Positions 20,031 to 30,541 of a stretch of 64,000 bases of DNA are shown in pieces. The DNA is from Candidatus Borrarchaeum weybense. Its GTDB lineage: Archaea > Asgardarchaeota > Sifarchaeia > Borrarchaeales > Borrarchaeaceae. The stretch is from contig JAHQJS010000008.1 in the NCBI GenBank assembly GCA_019057385.1, positions 1 through 64,000 of the forward strand, in the 5' to 3' direction. The notes below the pieces were generated by a model that saw nothing but the letters and a program-made list of their open reading frames with translations, was not told the DNA's origin and made no database searches. Every line of letters begins with the position of its first letter. Position 1 is the stretch's first letter. The translations under genes and the position numbers were made by a program.

Positions 20031-21338
20031 ATGAATATATGTATAACTACAGATTTATTCCCCCCAGAAGGAGGAGGTAGTGAACGTAGCACTTATTTTT
20101 TGGCGAAAGGCCTTGCAAAACGAGGACATAATATCCTAGTCGTCATGCCTCATTTTGGTCAAAAAACAGTATATGAAGAGCATAAATGGTTCAAAATCAT
20201 CCGTTTTCGATATCTTCGTGCACCAGATGTGCCAGTATTCAGGAATATCGTTAAAAATGAATTATTTTGCCTTTTTATGGCAAAAAAACTTAAGAAAATC
20301 TTAAAAGATTACAGAATTGAGCTTATTCATGCACAAAACATTCTAACGATTCCTCCCTCCGTTATCGCTGGTAGAAATACCAAAATACCAGTTATTGGCA
20401 CTATTCGTGATTATTGGCCAATTTGTTTTAGAAGGTCATTTACAAAACCTAATGGCAATGAATGTGACCAATGCAATTTCAAAAATTTAGTCAATTGTGT
20501 CAGTCTTGAGGGTGTGCTTCCCTCTTTTTCTATGCCAGTAATCCTCCCCTATATTTATGCAAATTTGGCTCTTAAACAATTATTATTAAATAAAGCAGAC
20601 CACGTCATTGCAGTAAGCGAGGCATTGCGTAAATTACTTTTGACAAGACTGCCCTTAAATAAATTGAAGAATTGTATACAATTGCCTTCCCAAAGAATCT
20701 CTGTCGTTCCAAATATAATGCCTTTACCTTCAAAGATCCTTACAAAACCTGAACTGATGTTAATGCGCCGTAACTATAAATTTAATGAAAATACTAAACT
20801 GATTCTTTTTGTAGGTCAACTAACTTATGAGAAGGGCATTCTTGTACTTATCCGTGCAATTAAACAATTATCACAAAAAAATCCTTCTGTAAAGTTTGCA
20901 ATCCTTGGAAAAGGTCCTCTCACGGATTACATAAAGAAAATGCAAGCCAGTATAGGAGATCAATTTCGATATTTTGGATTTTTACCTTATAATGAAGTAC
21001 TAAAATTCTACCAGATGGCAGATATTGTTGTATCTCCCTCAATTTGGCCTGAACCTCTAAGTCGTGTTATTATTGAGGCTATGGCACTAGGAAGACCGGT
21101 TATAGCAACAAATGTAGGTGGTACTCCAGAAATTATTACTCATGAAAAAAATGGCATATTAATTGAACCTGGGAATCCCATAGAGATTGAGAACGCGATT
21201 AATAGATTAATAAACGATTCAGATCTTAGATTTCATATAGGTTTAGAAGGAAAAAAAACAATAGAAAAACATTACAATGAAGCAAGTATTTGTGATAAAA
21301 TACTCTCATTATACCATAGAGTACTTAGTAGTTACTGA
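20031..21338 (+). CDS. GT4 glycosyltransferase with Cys-cluster insert (tandem paralog)
   Basis: Same length (435 aa) and collinear with 18636-19943; WPEPLSRVIIEAM. Confidence 0.92.
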   Translation: MNICITTDLFPPEGGGSERSTYFLAKGLAKRGHNILVVMPHFGQKTVYEEHKWFKIIRFRYLRAPDVPVFRNIVKNELFCLFMAKKLKKILKDYRIELIHAQNILTIPPSVIAGRNTKIPVIGTIRDYWPICFRRSFTKPNGNECDQCNFKNLVNCVSLEGVLPSFSMPVILPYIYANLALKQLLLNKADHVIAVSEALRKLLLTRLPLNKLKNCIQLPSQRISVVPNIMPLPSKILTKPELMLMRRNYKFNENTKLILFVGQLTYEKGILVLIRAIKQLSQKNPSVKFAILGKGPLTDYIKKMQASIGDQFRYFGFLPYNEVLKFYQMADIVVSPSIWPEPLSRVIIEAMALGRPVIATNVGGTPEIITHEKNGILIEPGNPIEIENAINRLINDSDLRFHIGLEGKKTIEKHYNEASICDKILSLYHRVLSSY

Positions 21339-21440
21339 GTTTCAAAAACTTCTGCAAATTCATCATGAAAATTTTTAATATCTCAGTCCTTCTCCGTTTT
21401 TAAGCTCAAAAAATTGATATGTGATTAGACCTCAATTGCG

Positions 21441-23051
21441 TTGTGGGATCTTATGTCTACTACGAGTAAAATGATCAAAGGGTATTCTTACGTTTCTTTA
21501 GATAATCTTGCGTTTTATATTCTTGGTTTCGCTTATTGGCTATTAACAGCATGGTTTCTTACGCCCGGTCAGCTTGGATTAGTTACCTTTGCAATTTCTA
21601 CAGTTGGATTTGGACAATTATTTTCCGATTTGCGTCTTGGACTAATCCTTAGACGTTATATCGCCGAATTCAGTACATTAGGCGAAGAAAATAAGATTAG
21701 AGTTTGTTTTAGATTTATTTTAAAAATTAGGCTTGCAGTGGCAACGATTTTTTGTATCTTCTTTATTGTTTTAGCAGATTATATCGCGATTTTCTTTCAG
21801 AATCCAGGATATGCGCTTGCATTGAGAGTTGCTGCGTTTAGTATTCTATTTGGAGCATTTACAGATATTGTAATGAGTGTGTTGGAAGGATTGCAAGAGT
21901 TTAAAAAAGAATTATTCTTTACGATTTTTAGAAGAAGTGCATTGATTCTCTTCTTCGTTCTCTTCGTTATAGTCAGTGGGTTTGGTGCTGTCGGTGCGTT
22001 ACTTGGATACTCATTAGCGCCACTTATTGTTGGTATAATCTTTCTATTTTTAATTTTTCAGAAATTTGAAAAGGAATCCGAACCTAGTAAAGTCGAACTC
22101 GATATGAAGAGAATCATTAGTTATTCAAAATGGATGATCGTTTCATCTATTACATTTTATCTCTATAGCAACGTCAATATCTTAATACTCACCTACTTTT
22201 TTGATTTATTAACCGTAAGTTATTACAAAGTAGCGGTTGCCACTCTTGATAACATTATCGGCTACATCAATGTATCAGGAAGGGTCTTAGAACCGTTACA
22301 AACAAGTTTTTTTGTAACAAATAAGAAAAATGCCACTTTTTGGAAATTACAGAAAACATATTTTGAGAGTACAAAATATGCTTTCTTTTCTGCGCTTCCA
22401 ATAATTGTTTTCACATTCTTATTAGCAGATTCAGTGATTTCTTTGTTATATCCCCCAGCATATTCTTCATCAGTCATTTTTTTGATAATTCTCTCTTTTG
22501 GATACGTTGGACGCGCAGTTACTATCGGTATACGTTCAACTTTTGCAGCGATTGAAAGACCAGACTGGATTGCGAAATATTATGGTCTAATGACTTTAAT
22601 AAACACAGTACTTGCTCTCGGTTTGATTCCTTTCGTTCAGGAAATTGCTGTAGCGATCGCGTTTTCGCTTGGGAGTTGCGTTGGCGTTTTATATTGCGTT
22701 TTAAAAATTAAGGCATTTCTTAAAACTCCATTTCCTTCAATACCAGTCTTTAAATATACAATAGCAAGTATTCTCGTCTATATAGTCTGCTATGGAGTCT
22801 TAAGAGTACTCTCTTTGTTTTCAATCATTAATTTCATTCTTATTATCATTGTCATCGTCCTAGGAATCGCAATATATCTTCCCTCAGTAATCTTCCTTGG
22901 TGGTATTAACCACGAAGACTTAGATCGTTTGAAATTGTTTGCAGAAAGAGTTCCTTTTCTCAAGAGACCTTTTATCTTATTTTATGATTTCGGTTGCGTT
23001 CTTATTAGATTTAAAGAAAAGATATTAGCAAAATATGAGGGAAAATCTTGA
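21441..23051 (+). CDS. Oligosaccharide flippase (Wzx/RfbX, MOP superfamily)
   Basis: About 14 TM helices, in a glycosyltransferase cluster. Confidence 0.85.
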   Translation: MWDLMSTTSKMIKGYSYVSLDNLAFYILGFAYWLLTAWFLTPGQLGLVTFAISTVGFGQLFSDLRLGLILRRYIAEFSTLGEENKIRVCFRFILKIRLAVATIFCIFFIVLADYIAIFFQNPGYALALRVAAFSILFGAFTDIVMSVLEGLQEFKKELFFTIFRRSALILFFVLFVIVSGFGAVGALLGYSLAPLIVGIIFLFLIFQKFEKESEPSKVELDMKRIISYSKWMIVSSITFYLYSNVNILILTYFFDLLTVSYYKVAVATLDNIIGYINVSGRVLEPLQTSFFVTNKKNATFWKLQKTYFESTKYAFFSALPIIVFTFLLADSVISLLYPPAYSSSVIFLIILSFGYVGRAVTIGIRSTFAAIERPDWIAKYYGLMTLINTVLALGLIPFVQEIAVAIAFSLGSCVGVLYCVLKIKAFLKTPFPSIPVFKYTIASILVYIVCYGVLRVLSLFSIINFILIIIVIVLGIAIYLPSVIFLGGINHEDLDRLKLFAERVPFLKRPFILFYDFGCVLIRFKEKILAKYEGKS

Positions 23052-24214
23052 AGATTGGCATTCTTCACCGTTCTCTTCATACAACACGTGGCGCAGAGAA
23101 AATGGTCATAGATTTATGTACAGGGCTGAAGAAAAGAGGTCTTGATATCACAGTAATCACTCAAAATATTAGAACAAATGTTAAGAATATGTTTTCGCAA
23201 GAAGGAATTCATTTTTGTGACATAGGCGGTTCACCTATCGGTATGCAATACTGGTTTTCTATACCTAAGGTAGTGAAGAAACTACAAGAACATGTTCCAA
23301 CTGACTTAGATGTCATAAATGCACACAATTTCCCTTCTAACCTAGCTGGATACAAATACATTCAATCGCAAAACAAACCATTTATCTGTTATATTCACGA
23401 GCCTCCACGATTTTTCTATGACAGGAATTATTTCAGAGAAGCAAGTTTGTCTTTCAAGTTGTTCTTCGGGCTTATTAGACACCTTTATATGCCTTCTGAT
23501 CAAAAAGCAGTGAAATCTGCAGATTTAGTCTTGGCGAATAGTGCTTTTACAAAAGCGAAAATTGAAGCAGTTTATGAAAAAAATGCTCAGGTATTATATC
23601 CAGGTATCGATATTGAAAGATTTCATCATCGAAATGAAGGCAAAATTTACAGAGAACAGCTTTTCCCGAATATAGAGGCCGTAATTCTTACAGTATCGAG
23701 ATTATCTCCCGTGAAAAACATCGCTATGCTAATTAAATCTTTTAAATACGTGTACAAAAAATTAAATTCATGTCGGTTAGTTATTATAGGACGCGGACAA
23801 GAAAAGAACCGCTTGGTAAAATTGAGTAAAACTCTCGGTCTAGATCATGCTATTCTGTTTCTGACAAACGTACCAGACAAAGAAATGCCAATTTATTACT
23901 CTATGGCTGATATTGTAGCGTATCCTCCTCTCATGGAGCCTTGGGGCCTAGTTCCGATAGAAGCAATGTCTTGTGAAACACCTGTAGTCGCTTCAAATGA
24001 AGGAGGTCCACTTGAATCAGTGATTCATGAGAAAACAGGTCTTTTATCAAACCCAAGGGATCCTATTGCATTCTCAAATGCACTTCTCATGTTATTAAAA
24101 AATGAGGAACTACGACACAAGATGGGCAAAGAAGGAAGGGCTTTGTCAGAGGCACGATTTTCATTAGAAGTAATGATCGATAATTTTTTAGCCGCGTTTC
24201 GGTCCGTCCTCTAA
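23048..24214 (+). CDS. GT4 glycosyltransferase
   Basis: GAE, SRL...KN, EPWGLVPIEAM. Confidence 0.92.
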   Translation: MKIGILHRSLHTTRGAEKMVIDLCTGLKKRGLDITVITQNIRTNVKNMFSQEGIHFCDIGGSPIGMQYWFSIPKVVKKLQEHVPTDLDVINAHNFPSNLAGYKYIQSQNKPFICYIHEPPRFFYDRNYFREASLSFKLFFGLIRHLYMPSDQKAVKSADLVLANSAFTKAKIEAVYEKNAQVLYPGIDIERFHHRNEGKIYREQLFPNIEAVILTVSRLSPVKNIAMLIKSFKYVYKKLNSCRLVIIGRGQEKNRLVKLSKTLGLDHAILFLTNVPDKEMPIYYSMADIVAYPPLMEPWGLVPIEAMSCETPVVASNEGGPLESVIHEKTGLLSNPRDPIAFSNALLMLLKNEELRHKMGKEGRALSEARFSLEVMIDNFLAAFRSVL

Positions 24215-24253
24215 TATTATATAAAAATTCAAAAAAAGTCCAGTTTATTCTTT

Positions 24254-24532
24254 TTAAGAGTTATTTACGTTTTGGAAATGGCTCTCAATTTCTTCCATTA
24301 AATCATCGCCACACTCATCAAATAAGATTTTTGCAAATTGTTGCTGTACTTGAGCCAAATCATCACGACATTGTGCCGACAAAGTTTTTCCCCGATAACG
24401 CCTGAGAGTCAGTAATATATCTGGGTCTTTGAACGTTGCGCTCACAATCAAATCATCAATTTCAGATGCAGCAGCAAACTTTGCACAAACGAAATCCCAT
24501 TTTGAGATTTTCTCTTCTGGTGTGGCGGACAT
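24254..24532 (-). CDS. Hypothetical protein
   Basis: 92-aa ORF with AGGAG RBS; no motif recognised. Confidence 0.6.
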   Translation of the reverse strand: MSATPEEKISKWDFVCAKFAAASEIDDLIVSATFKDPDILLTLRRYRGKTLSAQCRDDLAQVQQQFAKILFDECGDDLMEEIESHFQNVNNS

Positions 24533-24753
24533 ACAAAATGTCTCCTTGTGCTCTTATTTCACAGTCTTACTGTGTTTGTGAACGAAATATTACTTAAATG
24601 TTTTCTATTCGGGGCAATGCGCTCACGTGTTTTTGCAATAAGGCGCGGAGTGATTTTGTTGAAAGTGAAATCCCTTAAGAGACAACTTATCTGTTTGAAA
24701 ACCTGCTCCCAAGAATAACTTAAGGGGTGACCTTAAACACATGGACTCCAAAA

Positions 24754-26349
24754 TCACAGCGCCGACAAAAAAAATAGACGCTTTGCAACTTTTTTCGCCC
24801 CTGCAATTGTGATATATGGACCAAGTTTAGGACCACTATCAGTTCCAAGAAGAATGTGGTAAAGTAATCGAAAAAAATTCCGAGGTTTCAACGAATTGTT
24901 TCTCGCCACCTCGAAAATGGCTTGTTGTATTACTTCTCCACTTTTATTTTCCTCCAGTATGGGTATGAGGTCCTTTATTGCATTTTTTTCATTAATAGAC
25001 AGCTCCACTGGTTCAACTTCGATTTCCTTAAAATCTTCCACCCAATTTTTCGCAAATTGAAAGCGTTCTTTAAGACCTTTGTTGTTTCCATCTTTTGAAT
25101 AGCCTAATTCTTCCAGTTTTGCCATTAAAAACTTGTCAATAGCAGTTTCTGGCGCAACGGACACTAAGTTTATTAAGATATTATATGAAACATGTTCTGG
25201 GCGGGTTTCTGGTGATTTCAGCAAATTTGTATACTCATAGAGTGCAATGTTCTTTATCCTCTTCGCCTCGTTTTTCTCTTTCCTTACTCCAAAGTAGATA
25301 TCTTCCAGATAATCATATTCGTCCATGAGTTTTGGAATATCTTCAATGCCTACCGATCTTGTTCCTTGAAACCGCTTAAGCATTAACAACATCAAAGATT
25401 TACAGGAACCATAGCGAAGCCATACTTGTGGTGTAAGAACATTTCCTAGAGATTTTGAAATCTTTGTTCCGCCCTTGTCAAGGAACATTTCATAGCGTTC
25501 ATGATACGGTGGTGCAGTTTGCAGAATTTCTCTCTGGATCTGGTCATTCACAACAACAGAATCATGTATATCTTTTCCATATGCCTCAAAATCGACCCCT
25601 AGTGCGTCCCATCGTGCAGCAAACTCTACTTTCCAATTAAGTTTGCCTTGGTCTTTTGTGTAGTCTGCAAATCCTTGATGGTCACATCCTTTAATGATTT
25701 CATCTCGCAAAGGCGAGTCTGTGCATGTATAAAACACAGAATGGGTTTCCGGATGGAACTCTGTGACCTTTGTTGTATACATCTTGCCACAGTTCTCACA
25801 AACCGCATAATAAGGCAGAACTTCTGTATATTTTTCCTGACCTGTCAAATCTTTTACAATATCACCAACTTTTTCTGCATTTGCTAGTATTAACTCAATC
25901 TGTTTCGTGAATGCGCCTTTCTTATACATCTCCCGAGCTGAAACGGATGTGAACTCTACACCACAGATATCTAATGCATCAATTAACATAGAACTCATGT
26001 GAATTCCGTAACTTTCATGGCAGTTGAAGGGGTCAGGAATATCTGTTACAGGGACACCAATATATTTTTTCAATTCGTCTGCGTTTGGCATTCCAGCAGG
26101 TACTTTTCTCAGTCCATCCATATCATCTGAATAGGCAATAAACTCAGATTTATGACCCACATCTTCAACTGCTAGCTTTATGATAAAACTGCGAGCCGCA
26201 TCAGAAAAACTTCCTATATGAGGAAATCCAGAAGCGCCTAGCCCGCTCTCAGTACGAAATAACTCCGTCTTTTCCCCCATTCGCTTTTTATATGCCAATG
26301 CATCCATCGCAAGTTTGTCTATCCATGAACCTCTGCCAATTATTTTCAT
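24754..26349 (-). CDS. lysS: Class I lysyl-tRNA synthetase
   Basis: SGFPHIGS (HIGH-like), GKLNWKVEFAARW, GKDI, KISKSLG, GPKLG. Confidence 0.96.
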   Translation of the reverse strand: MKIIGRGSWIDKLAMDALAYKKRMGEKTELFRTESGLGASGFPHIGSFSDAARSFIIKLAVEDVGHKSEFIAYSDDMDGLRKVPAGMPNADELKKYIGVPVTDIPDPFNCHESYGIHMSSMLIDALDICGVEFTSVSAREMYKKGAFTKQIELILANAEKVGDIVKDLTGQEKYTEVLPYYAVCENCGKMYTTKVTEFHPETHSVFYTCTDSPLRDEIIKGCDHQGFADYTKDQGKLNWKVEFAARWDALGVDFEAYGKDIHDSVVVNDQIQREILQTAPPYHERYEMFLDKGGTKISKSLGNVLTPQVWLRYGSCKSLMLLMLKRFQGTRSVGIEDIPKLMDEYDYLEDIYFGVRKEKNEAKRIKNIALYEYTNLLKSPETRPEHVSYNILINLVSVAPETAIDKFLMAKLEELGYSKDGNNKGLKERFQFAKNWVEDFKEIEVEPVELSINEKNAIKDLIPILEENKSGEVIQQAIFEVARNNSLKPRNFFRLLYHILLGTDSGPKLGPYITIAGAKKVAKRLFFLSAL

Positions 26350-26635
26350 TCTTAATCCTCGGTGTAATTGAACGCTTACATTAATCGCAACTTCTTAGTT
26401 TTATATGAAATGTAAAATACTTTTGAGTATAACCCTCCACAAATTAGGGTCATTGATTTTTTATGGATAACGATTGCTCACAAAGACTCAAATTTCTGCG
26501 TTATTAAAAAATGCTAAGTTTTTTGATAACAATTCATAACAACTCCATCTGCTCTTAGCATTAATTTCTTAAATTTATATTTCATAGTGTACTTAGTAGC
26601 CAAAAATAAGTCAAAAAAATGGAGTTCAAAATTAA

Positions 26636-29140
26636 ATGAGCCACCAAGATGAACCTTCTGTAGCAGATGAATGCAAAGATGAAAATACATCCTGCGCTTG
26701 CAATGATACAGCGTGCAATGATTCCCATAATCATGTAAATGACGATTCCTGTTGTGAACACGACCATGAGCACGAGCATGAACATGATCACGAACACGAA
26801 GTTGACGACGAAGAACAATTTGAAGAGTTGTTCGGGACATCAGGCACGAAGAAATTGACGTTCCATCTCGGCGGAATGGATTGTGCCAATTGCGCGTTAT
26901 CTTTGCAGAAGGCATTAGATAACGTTGATGGCGTGAAAAAGGCAACGGTGAGTTTTGGTCCAAGGATAACAAATCTCTTTTTCGATGGAGAAAAAGAAAC
27001 CTTCGAACGTGTTGAAAAGACAATCCGCTCGTTAGGGTTCGAACTCGAAGGCGAACGAGTGATACTCAATTTGGAATCCTTGACCTCAAAATCGCTTGGA
27101 AAGAAGTTAGAACAAGAATTAGGCAGTGTTAGAGGCATTCTCTATGCAGCTGTTTCATTTGACAAAAGCACACTGAATCTCATCTATAACCCATCAGAAA
27201 TTAATCTGCCGAAAATTAAGTCAGAAATCCAAAAATTAGGCGTGACTATCGCTGGCGAGAAAAAAACTGCAAAGATTTCTAAACAAAAAATAAAATTGCT
27301 TCAGACCGCCGCTGCCGGAGCACTTTTCGCGTTAGGTTGGGCAACAAGATGGCTTTTTAATACATATGGGGTCTCTTCTTTATTCTTGCCTTCAGTAATA
27401 TTTCTATTATCTGCAGTAGTTATTGGAGGCTATTCCACTGTACTCAAAGCTTTTTACTCACTTCGGTCGAAAGTCCTAGATGTTAACACTTTGGTAGCTG
27501 TAGCATTTACTGGTGCGATTATAATCAGGGAATATTGGGAAGCTAGTGCAGTTGTTTTTCTCTTCTTGTTTGGTTCATTGCTTGAGAGTTATTCTATGGA
27601 AAAAACAAGAAATGCCATCCGCGAATTAATTGACCTCAAACCAAAGGTCGCTAGGGTACGTAGATATGATACAGAGGTCGAAGTTTTCGCAGATGAGGTA
27701 AAAAAAGGAGAACTTGTTATTGTAAAGGCTGGAGAAAAAATCCCTGTTGATGGTAAGGTTATTAAGGGCTCTACTGCTGTTAATCAATCCTCTGTTACTG
27801 GTGAATCTCTCCCAATTGAAAAAACGGTAGGCGATGAGGTTTTTAGCGGAACTATCAATATTGATGGCTATATTGAGGTGGAAACAACAAAGACAGGCGA
27901 AGATACAACACTAAGTAAAATTGTCAAAATGGTTGAGCAAGCACAAACTGAGAAATCCCCAATTCAAACATTTGCGGAAAAATTTGACAAATATTACGTG
28001 CCTGCTGTGCTTTTAGTTGCTTTGGCTAATTTTTTAATCACGCAAAACCTTCTTATTACACTCACCTTGTTAGTCGTTGCGTGCCCATGTGCCCTCGTTA
28101 TCTCCACACCCGTTGCTATTGTAAGTGGGATTGGCAATGCTGCAAGAAAAGGAGTTCTAATCAAGGGTGGCCGTTCTTTAGAAGCACTAGGTAAGTTAGA
28201 TGCTGTTGCATTCGATAAAACAGGCACTATTACCCTAGGAAAAATTAAGGTATTTGAAGTCGAAAACTTCTATGACGATGTCTCCATAAAAGATATCTTA
28301 TATTGGGCGGGTATAGGCGAGAAGATGGCAGAACATCAAATTGGTAAAGCTATTGTGGAGTATGTCAGATCAGAAAATATTACTATCCCAGATCCAGACA
28401 AATTGTCTGTAGTTAGTGGTATCGGGATTAGTGCTGAATACAAAGGTAGAAAAGTAATAATGGGTAAGCGAAAACTTCTTGAAAATAATGGATTAATTGT
28501 TACAAGAAACGTTGAAAATTATCTTGAAAAGGCTGAGAGTAAAGGATACACCGTTATTCCTATTGCCGTAGATGACCGCATTATTGGTGCTATTTCTGTT
28601 GCAGATTTATTGAAACCTGAAGCGCCAGAGGCACTTAGCAAACTAAAGAAAGTAGGTATCAAACAAATCTTAATGCTTACAGGCGACAATGAAAGAACTG
28701 CAGAAACAATCGCAAAGTGTATGGAAGTTGACAATTTTAAGGCTAACCTACTTCCTGAGGATAAGGTTTCATATGTGAAACAACTCCATGAAGAAGGTCG
28801 TGTAGTTGGAATGATTGGTGACGGAATTAATGATGCCCCTGCCCTTGCGGCAGCTGATATAGGTATTGCAATGGGTGTTGCGGGTACAGACGTAGCAATT
28901 GAAACCGCAGATATTGCTTTAATGTCCGATGACGTTTCTAAAGTGCCCTATGCCATAGGATTAAGCAAAAAAACCAATGCGATTATCCGCCAAAATATCG
29001 TATTCGCCCTAGTCATGGTCTTTGCCTTGCTAATAGCTACACTCTTCGGTGTGCTTGAATTAGCGAGTGGTATTCTTGGACATGAGGCAAGTGCGCTTCT
29101 TGTTATCCTAAATGGGATGCGTTTATTACGATACAAATGA
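26636..29140 (+). CDS. Heavy-metal P1B-type ATPase (ZntA/CadA-like)
   Basis: Cys/His-rich N-terminus, GMDCANC HMA, TGES, CPC, DKTGT, GDGINDAPAL, HEASA. Confidence 0.95.
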   Translation: MSHQDEPSVADECKDENTSCACNDTACNDSHNHVNDDSCCEHDHEHEHEHDHEHEVDDEEQFEELFGTSGTKKLTFHLGGMDCANCALSLQKALDNVDGVKKATVSFGPRITNLFFDGEKETFERVEKTIRSLGFELEGERVILNLESLTSKSLGKKLEQELGSVRGILYAAVSFDKSTLNLIYNPSEINLPKIKSEIQKLGVTIAGEKKTAKISKQKIKLLQTAAAGALFALGWATRWLFNTYGVSSLFLPSVIFLLSAVVIGGYSTVLKAFYSLRSKVLDVNTLVAVAFTGAIIIREYWEASAVVFLFLFGSLLESYSMEKTRNAIRELIDLKPKVARVRRYDTEVEVFADEVKKGELVIVKAGEKIPVDGKVIKGSTAVNQSSVTGESLPIEKTVGDEVFSGTINIDGYIEVETTKTGEDTTLSKIVKMVEQAQTEKSPIQTFAEKFDKYYVPAVLLVALANFLITQNLLITLTLLVVACPCALVISTPVAIVSGIGNAARKGVLIKGGRSLEALGKLDAVAFDKTGTITLGKIKVFEVENFYDDVSIKDILYWAGIGEKMAEHQIGKAIVEYVRSENITIPDPDKLSVVSGIGISAEYKGRKVIMGKRKLLENNGLIVTRNVENYLEKAESKGYTVIPIAVDDRIIGAISVADLLKPEAPEALSKLKKVGIKQILMLTGDNERTAETIAKCMEVDNFKANLLPEDKVSYVKQLHEEGRVVGMIGDGINDAPALAAADIGIAMGVAGTDVAIETADIALMSDDVSKVPYAIGLSKKTNAIIRQNIVFALVMVFALLIATLFGVLELASGILGHEASALLVILNGMRLLRYK

Positions 29141-29179
29141 TTTTTCTTTAACCAATATATCTTTCAAAACTTCACTGAT

Positions 29180-29513
29180 CCCTCTCAAGGAAGCCCCTGC
29201 CCTTTAGGGTGGGGAGGAATTGAGGGTGTGTTTCACTTGTACAAGGGTCTCTCCACTTTTAAATATATGTTCTGGGATAGAGGTACGTGGTCTCAAGGCA
29301 CACCTCTCGTAGAAGTGGAAACGGTTAATGACCTCAAGGGTGATGAGCATTAAACTAGTATAGCCCGACTCTAGATGAGGATTACTGGGCTGGGGTCTAG
29401 TAAACGCCCCCATGATTTAGCGTGTGATGAAGTTGAAACTCTAGCTGGTGTAGTTAGAGGACTGAGACCAAGTACAGCTAAAAGCCTCACTGCTTTAGCA
29501 TGAGGTAGTTTAC
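29180..29513 (+). mobile_element. Non-autonomous IS200/IS605 mini-element with an internal structured RNA
   Basis: Left end CTCAAGGAAGCCCCTGCCCTTTAGGGTGGGGAGGAATTGAG; right end AAAGCCTCACTGCTTTAGCATGAGGTAGTTTAC; no credible ORF. Confidence 0.85.
29283..29513 (+). ncRNA. Candidate TnpB-type omegaRNA/reRNA scaffold
   Basis: TATA-like TTTAAATATA at 29258; closing stem GTACGTGGTCTCA/TGAGACCAAGTAC; hairpins AGCCC..GGGCT, GGGG..CCCC and CTCTAGCT..AGTTAGAG. Confidence 0.6.
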
Positions 29514-29520
29514 ACTATCA

Positions 29521-29560
29521 CCTCAAGGATGCTCCCCTGTTTTCGGGGGGAGAGTGATGT
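29521..29560 (+). mobile_element. Second left-end-like hairpin directly after the mini-element
   Basis: CTCAAGGATGCTCCCCTGTTTTCGGGGGGAGAG resembles 29183-29222. Confidence 0.5.
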
Positions 29561-29768
29561 TCATGGTGGGTTAAAAAAAATTACCTATTTGTTATGAAAA
29601 AACGGTCTTGTCACCTCTATAGTTAATTTTAATAAAGGCTCTACTATATTACTTTTCTAAAGCATTCCTGCTAACATCCTAGACTTTAATCAACTTCAAA
29701 GGTGGATTACGTCATCCTAGGGAGTTTTCGTAATTTTCATTCGCAGATAATGATATTGGGGTAATATC

Positions 29769-30521
29769 TTGAATATAGAAGCATTGGGTCTTGCTGTACT
29801 TGCTACTTTTATTGTAAGTGCAGCCGCATTTATTGGAGTCTTATTCATTTCACTTAAAGAAGAAACACTCAATAAATTTTTGCTTGCGCTTGTAGCTTTA
29901 TCGTCGGGAGTACTATTCGGCGGCGCATTTTTACACCTCTTGCCAGAAGCCTTGGAATCAGTAGGTGAAGAAATAATTCCAACGTCGATTGCACTTCTTT
30001 CTGCTATCGTATTATTTTTTATTTTAGAGAAGTTTTTATCCTGGCGGCACTGCCACAAGGGTGTATGTGATATTCATGCCTTTACATACATGAATTTGAT
30101 TGGAGATGGAATCCACAATTTTATTGATGGACTAGTCATCATAGCTGCATTCCTTATGAGCACTCCTCTTGGATTCATAGTGACGGTTGCTATTCTCTTT
30201 CATGAAATCCCGCAAGAAGTAGCTGATTTTTCAGTACTTGTTTATGGTGGGTTTACAAAAACAAAAGCGCTATTTTTTAATTTCTTATCAGCAATATTAG
30301 CTATAGCAGGAGCAATTGTGGGTTTTCTCATTTCTTCCAGCATACAGCAATTTACGACGTTTCTCTTACCTTTTGCTGCAGGAGGCTTTATCTATATTGC
30401 GGGATCAGACCTTATTCCAGAACTGCGTAGCAAAACAGAACTTTCAAGCGCGGTTATTCAGACAAGCATGATAATATTGGGAATTTTCCTAATGTGGTTT
30501 CTCCTTATCGTCTTCGAATAA
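29769..30521 (+). CDS. ZIP family metal transporter
   Basis: HLLPEA, WRHCH, GDGIHNFIDG, HEIPQE, SDLIPEL. Confidence 0.95.
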   Translation: MNIEALGLAVLATFIVSAAAFIGVLFISLKEETLNKFLLALVALSSGVLFGGAFLHLLPEALESVGEEIIPTSIALLSAIVLFFILEKFLSWRHCHKGVCDIHAFTYMNLIGDGIHNFIDGLVIIAAFLMSTPLGFIVTVAILFHEIPQEVADFSVLVYGGFTKTKALFFNFLSAILAIAGAIVGFLISSSIQQFTTFLLPFAAGGFIYIAGSDLIPELRSKTELSSAVIQTSMIILGIFLMWFLLIVFE

Positions 30522-30541
30522 ACTCTGATCTGGTAGAGACA

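Noticed and set aside
29204-29413. 69-aa ORF
   Set aside because: Antisense to the structured mini-element, with no protein motif
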